A DNA stretch of 60,130 bases from Alphaproteobacteria bacterium MarineAlpha6_Bin4 (GCA_002937775.1 PTKO01000002.1:1-60130); one strand, 5' to 3'. Positions 29,411 to 39,760 are shown, counted from the stretch's first letter. A program made the numbers and translations. Notes: generated by a model not told the origin, from the sequence alone.

Positions 29411-30403
29411 TTATTGATCTTTTAATTCTTTTTTAATTAACTCATTTAGGTTTTGCTCTGATCTTGCACCAAAATGGCTAATTATTTCACCTGCTGAAAT
29501 AGAAGCTATATTTCCACTTTTTAAAATTGAAAATTTATTACAAATACCATATAAAAAACCAGCGGCAAATAAGTCTCCTGCACCAGTTGTATCTTTAACA
29601 CTTCCTAAAACTCTAGGTTTTATTTCACAAGATTCATTATCATAATAAATTTTTGCCCCATCTTTTCCTCTAGTTAAAACTGCAATTTCAACCATTGAAG
29701 ATATTTCTTTTGCGGCATCTTCAAAATTGTCTGATTCAAAAAGTTCTTTTATTTCAAATTCATTTGCAAACAAAATATCAACATGCTTCTTTATTAGTTC
29801 TTTAAATTCATTTCTATGTCGTTTAACACAAAATGGATCAGATAATGTTAATGAAACTTTGTTATCACTTTTATGTGCAATTTCAGCTGCTTTTACTAGA
29901 CTTTCTTTTGCTAATTGCTCTTCCCAACAGTATCCTTCTAAATAAGAAATTTTTGAATTTTCAACTAATTTTTCATGAATATCTTCGGGGCTTAGAAGGG
30001 AACAGGCTCCGATATATGTATTCATAGTTCTTTGAGCATCAGGTGTTACAAAAACAAAACATCTAGCTGTTCCTGGCCCATCTTTAATTGGTTTAGTGTC
30101 ATAAAAAACTCCTAAATCTTTTAAACTTTTTGAAAAAGATTTTCCTAAACTATCGTCCTTAATTTTTCCGATAAATGCTGGATTACCTGACAAAGATGCA
30201 AAGCCAACGGTAGAATTAGCAACTGAACCTCCTGCGATTTCTAAACCATTTTTTAGTGAAGAATAAAATTTTTCTGCTTTTTCATCATTAATAAGAGTCA
30301 TAACGCCTTTATCAAGTTTGTTTTTTTTAATAAATTCTTCATCAACTTGATATAAAACGTCTACTACTGAATTTCCGATTCCTAAAAGGTCAAATTGTTG
30401 CAT
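29411..30403 (-). CDS. PfkB-family kinase (adenosine kinase-like)
   Basis: DTTGAGDLFAAGFLYG ATP/anion-hole motif and an N-terminal GNSVVD segment. Confidence 0.75.
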   Translation of the reverse strand: MQQFDLLGIGNSVVDVLYQVDEEFIKKNKLDKGVMTLINDEKAEKFYSSLKNGLEIAGGSVANSTVGFASLSGNPAFIGKIKDDSLGKSFSKSLKDLGVFYDTKPIKDGPGTARCFVFVTPDAQRTMNTYIGACSLLSPEDIHEKLVENSKISYLEGYCWEEQLAKESLVKAAEIAHKSDNKVSLTLSDPFCVKRHRNEFKELIKKHVDILFANEFEIKELFESDNFEDAAKEISSMVEIAVLTRGKDGAKIYYDNESCEIKPRVLGSVKDTTGAGDLFAAGFLYGICNKFSILKSGNIASISAGEIISHFGARSEQNLNELIKKELKDQ

Positions 30404-31046
30404 TTTTTTTTAAATTAAAATTTTTATCTTTAAAAGTACATAAATCATTTACGACACATTCATAACATTCTGGGTTTCTTGCTTTACAAACATACCTACC
30501 ATGTAAAATTAATAAGTGGTGCGCTTTTTTCTTATATTTATCTGGAACATTTTTTTCCAAACCTAGTTCTACATCAATTGGCCTTTTTCCAGTCGCTATT
30601 TTAGTTCTGTTTGATACTCTAAATATATGTGTATCAACTGCAATAGTAGATTTTTTAAATGCTATATTAAGAACCACATTTGCAGTTTTTCTTCCTACTC
30701 CTGGTAAGGTTTCTAGATCTTCTCTTGTATTTGGAATATTTCCATTAAATTTTTTTATCAAAATTTTACTTAAGTTTATAATATTTTTTGCCTTTGAATT
30801 ATAAAGACCTATTGTTTTTATTAAAAACTTTAATTTATTAATTCCTAAATTTATTATTTTTCTAGGACTATCTGCAACTAAAAAAAGTTTTTTTGTAGCT
30901 TTATTAACTCCGGCATCAGTTGACTGCGCTGATAAAACTACTGCTACGAGTAAAGTAAAATTATTTTTATACATAAGATCTGATTTAGGATTTTTAATTT
31001 TTTGTGACAATCTTTTAAAAAAAACTTTTATTTTATTTTTTTTCAT
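30390..31046 (-). CDS. nth: Endonuclease III
   Basis: HhH-GPD (LPGVGRKTANVVL) and 4Fe-4S loop CKARNPECYECVVNDLC. Confidence 0.93.
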   Translation of the reverse strand: MKKNKIKVFFKRLSQKIKNPKSDLMYKNNFTLLVAVVLSAQSTDAGVNKATKKLFLVADSPRKIINLGINKLKFLIKTIGLYNSKAKNIINLSKILIKKFNGNIPNTREDLETLPGVGRKTANVVLNIAFKKSTIAVDTHIFRVSNRTKIATGKRPIDVELGLEKNVPDKYKKKAHHLLILHGRYVCKARNPECYECVVNDLCTFKDKNFNLKKNATI

Positions 31047-31114
31047 ATTTTTATAATTAATGTCTATATAATAGTTTTAATTTTTTTGATTAAAATTACT
31101 AAGTTATTTCATTT

Positions 31115-32056
31115 ATGAAGAAAAATAAAAAAATTTTAGTACCTGGTGGCGCTGGATTTATAGGTTCTCACTTGTGTGAAAAATTATTAAATTTTGGTAA
31201 TAAAGTATATTGTGTAGATAACCTCTTAACTGGTAAAAAAAGAAACATAAGTCATTTAATTAAAAATTATAATTTCAAATTTATTAAAAAAGATGTAAAT
31301 AAAAAAATTATATTAAAAGTAGATGAAATATATAATTTAGCTTGTCCAGCTTCGCCAGTTAAATATCAAAAAAATCCTATTGAAACAATAAAAGCATCAG
31401 TTTTAGGCTCATTAAATCTTTTAGATTTAGCAAAAAAATATAATGCAAAAATATTACAAGCATCTACTAGCGAAATATATGGTGATCCAAAAGAACATCC
31501 ACAAAAAGAAACTTATCATGGAAATGTAAACCCAATTGGATTTAGATCTTGTTACGATGAAGGAAAAAGATGTGCAGAGACATTGTTTTTTGATTATCAC
31601 AGAGAAAAAAAAGTAAAAATTAAGGTTGCTAGAATTTTTAATACTTATGGACCTAAAATGGATTTCTTAGATGGAAGAGTTGTTTCAAATTTTATAATGC
31701 AGTGTCTTAAAAACAAAAATATAACAATTTATGGAAAAGGTCTTCAAACGCGGTCCTTTTGCTATATAGATGATATTGTTGAGGCTCTAATTAAATTTAT
31801 GAATTTAAAAAATAATTTTACAGGCCCACTAAATCTAGGTAATCCATATGAAGTTAATATTTATGAAATTGCAAAAAAAATAAAAAAATTAACGAATAGT
31901 AAATCAAAATTAATTTTTAAAAAATTACCTGAGGATGACCCAATTAAAAGAAAGCCAGATATTTCATTAGCAAAAAAAACTTTAAAGTGGGTACCAAAAA
32001 TTACTTTGAATAAAGGTTTATTAGAAACAATTAAATATTTTCAAAAAAATATATAA
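31115..32056 (+). CDS. UDP-glucuronate decarboxylase (UDP-xylose synthase)-like SDR
   Basis: GGAGFIGSHL Rossmann motif, and SCYDEGKRCAETL containing the YxxxK typical of UXS/ArnA-decarboxylase-type enzymes. Confidence 0.75.
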   Translation: MKKNKKILVPGGAGFIGSHLCEKLLNFGNKVYCVDNLLTGKKRNISHLIKNYNFKFIKKDVNKKIILKVDEIYNLACPASPVKYQKNPIETIKASVLGSLNLLDLAKKYNAKILQASTSEIYGDPKEHPQKETYHGNVNPIGFRSCYDEGKRCAETLFFDYHREKKVKIKVARIFNTYGPKMDFLDGRVVSNFIMQCLKNKNITIYGKGLQTRSFCYIDDIVEALIKFMNLKNNFTGPLNLGNPYEVNIYEIAKKIKKLTNSKSKLIFKKLPEDDPIKRKPDISLAKKTLKWVPKITLNKGLLETIKYFQKNI

Positions 32057-32096
32057 TAAAATTTTTTCTTATAAGTTTAATGATTTATATAAATAA

Positions 32097-33167
32097 ATGA
32101 AAATTAATATACTTTCACCAAATAACTTTTTTAAAGATCATTGTTCTTATAGTTTTGCGTATCCTATTATAAAATCAATTAATTTAATAAGAGAAAGTGG
32201 CGTTAATATAAGATTTCTTTATTCTGCTGAAAAAAAAATTTTTGATTGTGATATTCTAATTATAGATAGTAGATTCAGTGGTAAAAAAAATAAAAAAAAA
32301 TTTATAAATTTTTTACAAAAAAATAAAAAAAAAAATTTAAAAATAATTTTTGCAGATACTGCAGATAATAGTGGTCAAATTCAAAATAATTTTTTGTTAT
32401 TTGCTGATGCTTATTGGAAAGGTCAAATTTTAAAAAATAAAAAAAATTATTTAAAATCTCATTATGGTGGAAGATTATTTACAGATTTTTATAAAAAAAA
32501 ATTTAATATTATTGATACAAAAAAACAATTGAGCGATAAAGTTAGTAACAAAAATTTATTAAAAAAAATAAAGGTTTGTTGGAATATGGGTTTGTGTGAT
32601 CATGGTTATTTATCTCATTATAAGCAAAAATTATTTTCAATTTTTAAATTAAAAATATTTATAAATAATTCTAATAAATTTTTCCTTCCTTCAAATAAAA
32701 GAGAAAATCCTATTTCTTGTAGGATTGGAACAACCTACGAAAGAAAAACCATAAAATTTCAAAGAGAAAAAATAAGTAAAGTAATAAAAAATTTAACAGA
32801 AACCACAAAATTGAATCGCTATAAATATTTAAATGAAATTAAAAATTCAAAATGTGTTATATCTCCTTTTGGTTGGGGGGAGTTATGTCCAAGAGATTTT
32901 GAAACATTTCTTAATGGAGCAGTTTTAATTAAACCGAATATGGAAACAATTGATACTTGGCCGAATTGGTATAAAGTAAACCAAACATACATACCCTTTG
33001 ATTGGGATTTAACTAACTTAGAGCAGAAAATTGAAAATACTATTAAAAATTATGAAAATTTTAAAAATATTGCCTTTGATGCACAAAAAACTTATTTACT
33101 TTATACTACAAAAAGTGACTCAGAAGAAATTTTTGCTAATAGATTTTTAAAACTTATAAAAAAATAA
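32097..33167 (+). CDS. Unknown protein with GT-B / exostosin- or CgeB-like C-terminal motif (putative glycosyltransferase)
   Basis: CVISPFGWGELCPRDFETFLNGAVLIKP resembles the nucleotide-sugar-binding end of GT47/CgeB-like transferases. The rest is not recognisable. Confidence 0.4.
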   Translation: MKINILSPNNFFKDHCSYSFAYPIIKSINLIRESGVNIRFLYSAEKKIFDCDILIIDSRFSGKKNKKKFINFLQKNKKKNLKIIFADTADNSGQIQNNFLLFADAYWKGQILKNKKNYLKSHYGGRLFTDFYKKKFNIIDTKKQLSDKVSNKNLLKKIKVCWNMGLCDHGYLSHYKQKLFSIFKLKIFINNSNKFFLPSNKRENPISCRIGTTYERKTIKFQREKISKVIKNLTETTKLNRYKYLNEIKNSKCVISPFGWGELCPRDFETFLNGAVLIKPNMETIDTWPNWYKVNQTYIPFDWDLTNLEQKIENTIKNYENFKNIAFDAQKTYLLYTTKSDSEEIFANRFLKLIKK

Positions 33168-33662
33168 ATGATAAAAGAAAATAAATTATATGAAATTTCT
33201 TTATACCCATACAGAAGTTTAAATAAAACCGGTTTTTTTATACTTATGTTTGTCTTAGGTATTATTAGTTTTGTAGCAGGAGTTGTTTTTATGATGATGG
33301 GTGCTTGGCCAGTATTTGGTTTCTTTGGATTAGATGTATTATTAGTTTATATTTTTTTTAAAATAAATTTTAAAAGTGGAAAACAAAAAGAAATTTTAAT
33401 TTTAACAAAAACTAAATTAATAATTAAATTCTATAGTTCAAACAAAATTCTAAAAACAAGTCATTTGGATGCTAACTGGTTAAATATTAATTTAACAAAA
33501 TCTAAAAATGAAATGAGTAAATTAAAAATATCGTCAAAAAATAAATCTATTATTGTAGGATCATTTTTAAGGCATAAAGAAAAACTAGATGTTATTAAAT
33601 CTTTAAAAACAGCCTTAAAAAAAAACCATTTCAACTATGCAAAAGTAAATGTTACAAATTAA
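33168..33662 (+). CDS. DUF2244-type two-TM membrane protein
   Basis: YRSLNKTGF and GAWPVFGFFGLDVLLVYIFF segments. TAAATG junction with the upstream gene. Confidence 0.6.
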   Translation: MIKENKLYEISLYPYRSLNKTGFFILMFVLGIISFVAGVVFMMMGAWPVFGFFGLDVLLVYIFFKINFKSGKQKEILILTKTKLIIKFYSSNKILKTSHLDANWLNINLTKSKNEMSKLKISSKNKSIIVGSFLRHKEKLDVIKSLKTALKKNHFNYAKVNVTN

Positions 33663-34539
33663 AAAAAATAATCTAAGTTATGTTTTGTTATTTTTGCTTG
33701 GATTAATTTGGGGTAGCTCTTTTCTTTTTATTAAATACACAGTTCTTTCATTACAACCTTTAACCGCAGTTTTTTTAAGAATGTTGGTTGCTACAGCTTG
33801 TTTATTTATTTATTTAAAAATAAATAAAATAAATCTACCAAAAAAAACTACTGATATTACAAATTATTTTGTTATTGCAATTTTAGGTAATGTTCTACCT
33901 TTTTTTTTGGTGAGTTGGGCTGAAATAACAATTAATACAAATGTAACAGGAATTATTATGGGACTTATGCCAATAATCACTGTATTTCTTGCTTATTTTT
34001 TTGTTAAAGAAGAAAAAATTAATATCTATACTTTTATAGGAATATTTTTAGGGTTTTTCGGTCTATTTTTTCTTTTAGATATAGTTGCAAATAAAAATAT
34101 TAATTTAAATTCCTACTATGCGGTAATTATTGCTACCTTAAGTTTTGCTATAGCAACAATTTATGCAAGAAAAATACCTAAATTTAATCCTCTATATATA
34201 TTAAGTGGTTCAACTTATTTTGCTTGTTTCATTCTAATACCTTTAGTATTTATTTTTGATGATCCTTTTAATGCTTCTCCAACTAATCAAAGTATTTTTT
34301 TTGGTATTATTTTAGGAATTCTTAATACAGCTATTGGAGGATTAATTTTTTTCAAATTAATTAAATTATCAGGAGCTGCATTTACATCTACTGTAAATTT
34401 TATTACACCTTTTGTAGCTATAGTTTGGGGCTATTTTTTTTTAAATGAAACTTTAAACTCAAATCAAATATTGGGGTTTATTTTTATTTTATTAGGAATA
34501 TATTTAGTAAAAAAATCAACTAATACCCAAAACATCTGA
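33649..34539 (+). CDS. EamA/DMT-family transporter
   Basis: 10-TM pattern with duplicated EamA halves. 14-nt overlap with the DUF2244 gene. Confidence 0.8.
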   Translation: MLQIKKNNLSYVLLFLLGLIWGSSFLFIKYTVLSLQPLTAVFLRMLVATACLFIYLKINKINLPKKTTDITNYFVIAILGNVLPFFLVSWAEITINTNVTGIIMGLMPIITVFLAYFFVKEEKINIYTFIGIFLGFFGLFFLLDIVANKNINLNSYYAVIIATLSFAIATIYARKIPKFNPLYILSGSTYFACFILIPLVFIFDDPFNASPTNQSIFFGIILGILNTAIGGLIFFKLIKLSGAAFTSTVNFITPFVAIVWGYFFLNETLNSNQILGFIFILLGIYLVKKSTNTQNI

Positions 34540-35301
34540 CATTGTAAAAAACCCTTTATTTTTCTTTTTCAGCCAAATTGCTGCATTTATTGCTCCAATT
34601 GCATAAATCGATCGATTGAACCCTTTATGTTTTAATTCTATTTCCTCGCCTTTATTTTTAAATACAACAGAATGATCTCCGACAATATTACCTTTTCTTT
34701 TACAATAAAAATTTATTTTTCCTAGCTCTTCTTTTCTTTTTTTATTGGGTTTCATTGAAGATTTTTTTTTCAAAATATAATTTTTTCCTGAAGCAACTGC
34801 TGATCCAAGTGCTAAAGCTGTTCCTGAAGGTGCATCTTTTTTATGTTTATGATGAATATCTAGTATTTCAACAGAAGTATTATCGCTAAACAAAATATTT
34901 GATGTTTTTTTTACAATTTCAATTAGCAAGTTTATGCCAATACTCATGTTAGGGGCAAATACAATACTAATTTTTTTTGATGCAGTTTTAATTTTTTTAA
35001 CTTGGCTATTGTTAAAACCAGTTGTACCAATAACCAATTTTTTTTTAAGCATTTGCGCATATTTTAATGTTTCTAAAGTACTTAATGGCAAAGAAAAATC
35101 TATAATTAGATCGGCTTTTTTAAAAGCAACTTTTTTATCATTTGTTATTTCTAATTTTTCAATCGTTTTTCCAATACTATTAGAATTTTTATTTTCAATT
35201 ACTGCTACTAATTCTAAATTAGGAAAGTTTTTAATTTCTTTAATAATTTGCTGACCCATTCTTCCAGCACTTCCGACTATCGCAAGTTTAATTTTTTTCA
35301 T
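34516..35301 (-). CDS. dapB: 4-hydroxy-tetrahydrodipicolinate reductase
   Basis: N-terminal KLAIVGSAGRMG, HHKHKKDAPSGTA motif and C-terminal MSDVLGI. Confidence 0.9.
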   Translation of the reverse strand: MKKIKLAIVGSAGRMGQQIIKEIKNFPNLELVAVIENKNSNSIGKTIEKLEITNDKKVAFKKADLIIDFSLPLSTLETLKYAQMLKKKLVIGTTGFNNSQVKKIKTASKKISIVFAPNMSIGINLLIEIVKKTSNILFSDNTSVEILDIHHKHKKDAPSGTALALGSAVASGKNYILKKKSSMKPNKKRKEELGKINFYCKRKGNIVGDHSVVFKNKGEEIELKHKGFNRSIYAIGAINAAIWLKKKNKGFFTMSDVLGIS

Positions 35302-35316
35302 AATTTTAAGTATATA

Positions 35317-36462
35317 TTATTTTTTTTTCCAAAGATCTTTTAATCTATCAAAAAAACCTTCTGATTGAGGACTGGTTGTTTTTTTATTATTATCTCCACT
35401 AAATTTTTTCAATAATTCTTTTTGGTTACTTGATAAATTGACAGGCGTTTCAACAAAAGCCTCCAAGTATAAATCTCCGCTTCCATTTTGTCTTACAATT
35501 GGCATTCCTTTGCCTGATAAACGAAAACTACTACCTGATTGGGTACCGGGTGGTATTTTTACCTTTACTATTGACCCATCTAGAGTTGGAACCTCTATGT
35601 TTCCTCCTAAAGCTGCATCTGTCATTGTTATGGGAGCTCTACAAAATAAATTTTCACCTTCTCTTTTAAAAACAGAATTTGGCTTCTCTTTAATAAAAAT
35701 ATATAAATCTCCAGGTGGGCCTCCTTGGTAACCTGCTTCACCTTCGCCAGTAAGTCTTATTCTTGTTCCATCTTCTACACCTGCTGGTATTTCAACTGAC
35801 AAACTTTTTTTCTTATCAACTCTTCCTTGCCCTGTACAATCACTACAAGGATTTTTTATAATTTTTCCATGTCCTCTACAGTCTGGGCAAGTCTGCTGAA
35901 TTGTAAAAAAACCTTGAGAAGCACGAACTGCCCCATGACCTTCACATGTAGGGCAATTTTCTGGTTGTGAATCTTTTTGATGTCCTTTCCCATCGCATGC
36001 TTTACATTTAATTTTTGTTGGAACATGTATAACAATTTTTTTTCCTGAAAAAATTTCCTCCAAAGAAACATCCATATCATATCTTAAATCTGAACCATAT
36101 TCTTTTGTATTAGAAGTTCTTTTTCTTCCACCTCTGCCGCCAAAAATACTACCTATATCATCATCAAAATCTCCAAACATTTCTTCAAAAATATCTGAAA
36201 ACCCGCCCTTAAAACCTTGAAAACCGGTTCCTCCATTCTCGAATGCCTGATGTCCAAATTGATCATACTGTGCTTTTTTTTCTTCATCTTTTAGGACATA
36301 GTAAGCTTCATTAATTTTTTTGAATTTTTTTTCTGCTTCTTTATCACCTTTATTTCTATCTGGGTGATATTTCATAGCTTTTTTTCTATAAGCTTGCTTT
36401 ATTTCATCGTTGCTGGATGCCTTGCTTACTCCTAATGTTTCGTAGTAATCTTCTTTGGACAT
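35317..36462 (-). CDS. dnaJ: Chaperone DnaJ
   Basis: J domain (HPDRN), G/F region and four CxxCxGxG zinc repeats. Confidence 0.97.
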   Translation of the reverse strand: MSKEDYYETLGVSKASSNDEIKQAYRKKAMKYHPDRNKGDKEAEKKFKKINEAYYVLKDEEKKAQYDQFGHQAFENGGTGFQGFKGGFSDIFEEMFGDFDDDIGSIFGGRGGRKRTSNTKEYGSDLRYDMDVSLEEIFSGKKIVIHVPTKIKCKACDGKGHQKDSQPENCPTCEGHGAVRASQGFFTIQQTCPDCRGHGKIIKNPCSDCTGQGRVDKKKSLSVEIPAGVEDGTRIRLTGEGEAGYQGGPPGDLYIFIKEKPNSVFKREGENLFCRAPITMTDAALGGNIEVPTLDGSIVKVKIPPGTQSGSSFRLSGKGMPIVRQNGSGDLYLEAFVETPVNLSSNQKELLKKFSGDNNKKTTSPQSEGFFDRLKDLWKKK

Positions 36463-36501
36463 GCTAAAGATATAAGGGTTTATAATGAAAAAATGAAGGG
36501 G

Positions 36502-38454
36502 TTATGCGGATTTTTTATTATCTTTTTTTTTTACTTCTTCAAATTCTGCATCTACCACTTTTTCCTCTTTTTTGCTAGCATCCTTCTTTCCGCTATTTGG
36601 TGTCTCAGCTTTACCTTGATTAGGCTGTTGTTTTTGCGCTGCTTGTTGAGCTTCTTTATAAATAATTTCACCTAGCTTCATAGATGCTTGAGTTAGTGCA
36701 TCAACTTTTGTTTTTAATTCCTCTTTATTATCACTATCTTTTACTTTTTTAAGAGCTTCCAAACTATCTTCGATTTTTTTCTTTTCCTCGGAACTGATTT
36801 TTTTACCATGTTCTTTTAAACTTTTTTCGGTTGCATGAATTAAAGAATCTGCCTGGTTTTTTAGCTCAACAACTTCTTTTTTATTTTTATCAGTTTCTGC
36901 ATGTTTTTCAGCATCTTTAACCATTTTATCTATTTCTTCTTCTGAAAGTCCTCCCGAATCTTTAATTGTAATTTTTTGCTCTTTATTTGTTCCTTTATCT
37001 TTTGCTGAAACATTTAAAATACTATTTGCATCTATATCAAAAGTTACTTCTATTTGAGGAACTCCTCTTGGTGCTGTAGGGATGTTCTCTAAATTAAATT
37101 GTCCTAAAATTTTATTATCTCCGGCCATTTCTCTTTCTCCTTGAAATACTCTAATTGTAACTGCTGATTGATTATCTTCTGCCGTTGAAAATATTTGACT
37201 TTTTTTTGTTGGAATAGTTGTATTTTTATCAATTAATTTTGTAAATACACCGCCCAATGTTTCAATTCCTAAAGTTAAAGGAGTAACATCTAATAGTAAA
37301 ACATCTTTCACATCTCCTTGCAATACTCCGCCTTGAATCGCAGCGCCAGTTGCTACAACTTCATCTGGATTAACTCCTTTATTAGGTTCTTTATCAAAAA
37401 TTTTTTTTACAGTTTCAATTACTTTTGGCATTCTTGTCATGCCTCCTACAAGAATAACACTTTTAATATCACTAGCTTTTAAGCCAGCATCTTTTAAAGC
37501 TGTTTCACATGGTTTAATTGTTTTTTCTATTAAGTCTTCAACAAGTGATTCTAATTTAGATCTAGACAAAGTAACATTAAGATGTTTTGGCCCAGATTTA
37601 TCTGCTGTAATAAACGGTAAATTAATTTCTGTTTGTGAAGAATTAGAGAGTTCAATTTTTGCTTTTTCAGCACCCTCTTTCAATCTTTGTTTTGCAAGCG
37701 GGTCTTCTCTTAAATCTACTCCATTTTCTTTTTTAAATTCATCTGCTAAATAATCTATAATTCTATTATCAAAATCTTCTCCTCCTAAAAAGGTATCGCC
37801 AGATGTAGATTTAACTTCAAAAACTCCTTCTCCTAATTCAAGAATAGAAATATCAAAAGTACCTCCACCTAAATCATAAACTGCTATTGTTCCTGATTCT
37901 TTTTTATCAAGTCCATAAGCAAGAGCTGCGGCAGTTGGTTCATTAATAATTCTTTTAACATCTAGTCCTGCGATTTTACCTGCGTTTTTTGTAGCTTGGC
38001 GTTGGGAATCATTGAAATAAGCGGGCACTGTAATCACCGCTTCTTTTACCTCTTGGCCTAGATGCTTTTCAGCAGTTTCTTTCATTTTTTGTAAAATAAA
38101 TGCACTAACTTGTGCAGGAGCATATTTTTTGCCATTGGCTTCAACCCACGCATCGCCATTATCTCCCGATACAATTTTATACGGTACTAAATCCTTATCT
38201 TTTTCAACTTCTTTATCATCAATTCTTCTACCTATTAATCTTTTAACAGCAAATAAAGTATTTTCAGGGTTTGTTACTGACTGTCTTTTAGCTGCTTGTC
38301 CAACTAAAGTTTCTTTTCCATCTTTAGAAAAAGCAACCATAGATGGCGTCGTTCTAGCACCTTCAGTGTTTTCAATAACTTTTGCACTTTTTCCATCCAT
38401 TATAGCTACACAAGAGTTTGTAGTTCCAAGATCTATACCAATTATTTTACTCAT
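36502..38454 (-). CDS. dnaK: Chaperone DnaK (Hsp70)
   Basis: [18 protein letters not shown] and [11 protein letters not shown] Hsp70 signatures. Confidence 0.99.
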   Translation of the reverse strand: MSKIIGIDLGTTNSCVAIMDGKSAKVIENTEGARTTPSMVAFSKDGKETLVGQAAKRQSVTNPENTLFAVKRLIGRRIDDKEVEKDKDLVPYKIVSGDNGDAWVEANGKKYAPAQVSAFILQKMKETAEKHLGQEVKEAVITVPAYFNDSQRQATKNAGKIAGLDVKRIINEPTAAALAYGLDKKESGTIAVYDLGGGTFDISILELGEGVFEVKSTSGDTFLGGEDFDNRIIDYLADEFKKENGVDLREDPLAKQRLKEGAEKAKIELSNSSQTEINLPFITADKSGPKHLNVTLSRSKLESLVEDLIEKTIKPCETALKDAGLKASDIKSVILVGGMTRMPKVIETVKKIFDKEPNKGVNPDEVVATGAAIQGGVLQGDVKDVLLLDVTPLTLGIETLGGVFTKLIDKNTTIPTKKSQIFSTAEDNQSAVTIRVFQGEREMAGDNKILGQFNLENIPTAPRGVPQIEVTFDIDANSILNVSAKDKGTNKEQKITIKDSGGLSEEEIDKMVKDAEKHAETDKNKKEVVELKNQADSLIHATEKSLKEHGKKISSEEKKKIEDSLEALKKVKDSDNKEELKTKVDALTQASMKLGEIIYKEAQQAAQKQQPNQGKAETPNSGKKDASKKEEKVVDAEFEEVKKKDNKKSA

Positions 38455-38498
38455 ATTTATTTAACTACCTTTCTTTATAAATTCTAAACTGGTGAACT

Positions 38499-38527
38499 AT
38501 ATAATAATTTTCATCTTAATGTACAAG
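38499..38527 (-). promoter_or_regulatory. Candidate RpoH (sigma-32)-type promoter for dnaK
   Basis: The minus strand reads CTTG (38527-38524), an 18-nt spacer, then ATTATAT (38505-38499). The alphaproteobacterial heat-shock consensus, as I recall it, is CTTG-N17-CYTATNT. The site is 45 nt upstream of the dnaK ATG. Confidence 0.3.
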
Positions 38528-38543
38528 TGTTTGAGGAAAAAAA

Positions 38544-39107
38544 TTATGTACTCTTTTTTTCTCCCTTTTTAGTTATTATCACAGAAGCTGGCCTTAGTAA
38601 TCTATCTTTTATAAGATAACCGTTTTGAATAATTTTTATTATTTCTCCTTCTTCTTTGCTATTATTTAACTCTTCAGATACGGCTTCATGGAAATTTGGA
38701 TCGAATTTTTTTCCTAAACAATCAATCTCTTTAATTTCAAATTTTTCTAAAGTTTTAAGAAAATCTTTAAAAATAAGATCTATACCTTCAACTAGTGGTT
38801 TAACACTATTGTTATTATCATTTTTAATCAAAGATATGCTTTCTTTCACTCTTACAAAATTATCTAATACTATAATTATTTCATTTGCAAACTCTGTTAC
38901 AGCATATTTAAAAGTATCTTCTTTTTCTTTTTCGAACCTTTTTCTCAAATTTTCAATGTCAGCTAAATATCTTAAATTATCTTCTTTTGCTTTTTTAAGC
39001 TCATTTTTTAAACTAACTAAATTAATTTTTTGATCTTCATTATTTTTTTGATTAACTTTCTTTTTAGAATTAGCTAATTGTGGTTTATTTTTTTTTAATT
39101 TATCCAT
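38544..39107 (-). CDS. grpE: Nucleotide exchange factor GrpE
   Basis: Coiled-coil N-terminal half (RYLADIENLRKR) and a C-terminal beta domain (GYLIKDRLLRPA). Confidence 0.9.
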   Translation of the reverse strand: MDKLKKNKPQLANSKKKVNQKNNEDQKINLVSLKNELKKAKEDNLRYLADIENLRKRFEKEKEDTFKYAVTEFANEIIIVLDNFVRVKESISLIKNDNNNSVKPLVEGIDLIFKDFLKTLEKFEIKEIDCLGKKFDPNFHEAVSEELNNSKEEGEIIKIIQNGYLIKDRLLRPASVIITKKGEKKST

Positions 39108-39166
39108 TATTATCTGTAAATATAATTAAAATGTATGTAAGATAATTTTCAAAAAGTTCAATATCC

Positions 39167-39760
39167 ATGAGCAAAAACAAAAAAAAAATATCCTCTATTG
39201 TTATTGCAAGTCATAATCACGGTAAGATCAAAGAAATGTTACCATTTATAAAAGAATTAAATTGTAAAATATACCTTGCAAAAGATTTTAATCTTAGTGA
39301 ACCAAAAGAAGATGGCTTAACTTTTATAGAAAATGCTTTAAAAAAATCAAGATATGTTAATAGTAAAACAAAAAAAATAGCAATTTCTGATGATTCAGGA
39401 TTAGTTATCCCTTCCCTTCAAGGAAGGCCTGGAATTTATTCAGCTAGGTGGGCTGGTAGAGAAAAAAATTTTAAAGTTGCTATGAAAAAAGTTAATAATC
39501 TGCTTTATAAAAAAAAAACAATTGCGTATTACATATCCGTAATTTCAATTTCATGGAGTAAAAATAAAGAAAAAACATTTGTTGGAAAGATATATGGTCA
39601 CATAACTTGGCCTCCTAAAGGTAAATTAGGTTTTGGATACGATCCTATTTTTATACCATATGGATATACTAAAACTTTTGGAGAGCTTCCGGAAAAAGTT
39701 AAAAACAAAATTAGTCATAGAGTAATAGCTTTTAAAAAGTTATTAAATTTTTTAACTTAG
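39167..39760 (+). CDS. rdgB: dITP/XTP pyrophosphatase
   Basis: IVIASHNHGKIKEM start, DDSGL, FGYDPIF and SHR motifs of the Ham1/RdgB family. Confidence 0.88.
   Translation: MSKNKKKISSIVIASHNHGKIKEMLPFIKELNCKIYLAKDFNLSEPKEDGLTFIENALKKSRYVNSKTKKIAISDDSGLVIPSLQGRPGIYSARWAGREKNFKVAMKKVNNLLYKKKTIAYYISVISISWSKNKEKTFVGKIYGHITWPPKGKLGFGYDPIFIPYGYTKTFGELPEKVKNKISHRVIAFKKLLNFLT

Noticed and set aside
32283-32335. Homopolymeric A tracts (A8, A9, A11) inside the GT-like gene, considered as possible phase-variation switches.
   Set aside because: They encode Lys runs (KKNKKK, KNKKKN), which are ubiquitous in this AT-rich proteome. Similar tracts occur in housekeeping genes such as hslU, so they are not evidence for contingency behaviour.
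39108-39166. Sigma-32 or CIRCE element upstream of grpE.
   Set aside because: There is only a TTTGAAA segment without a convincing -10 partner at the proper spacing, and no inverted repeat resembling CIRCE.
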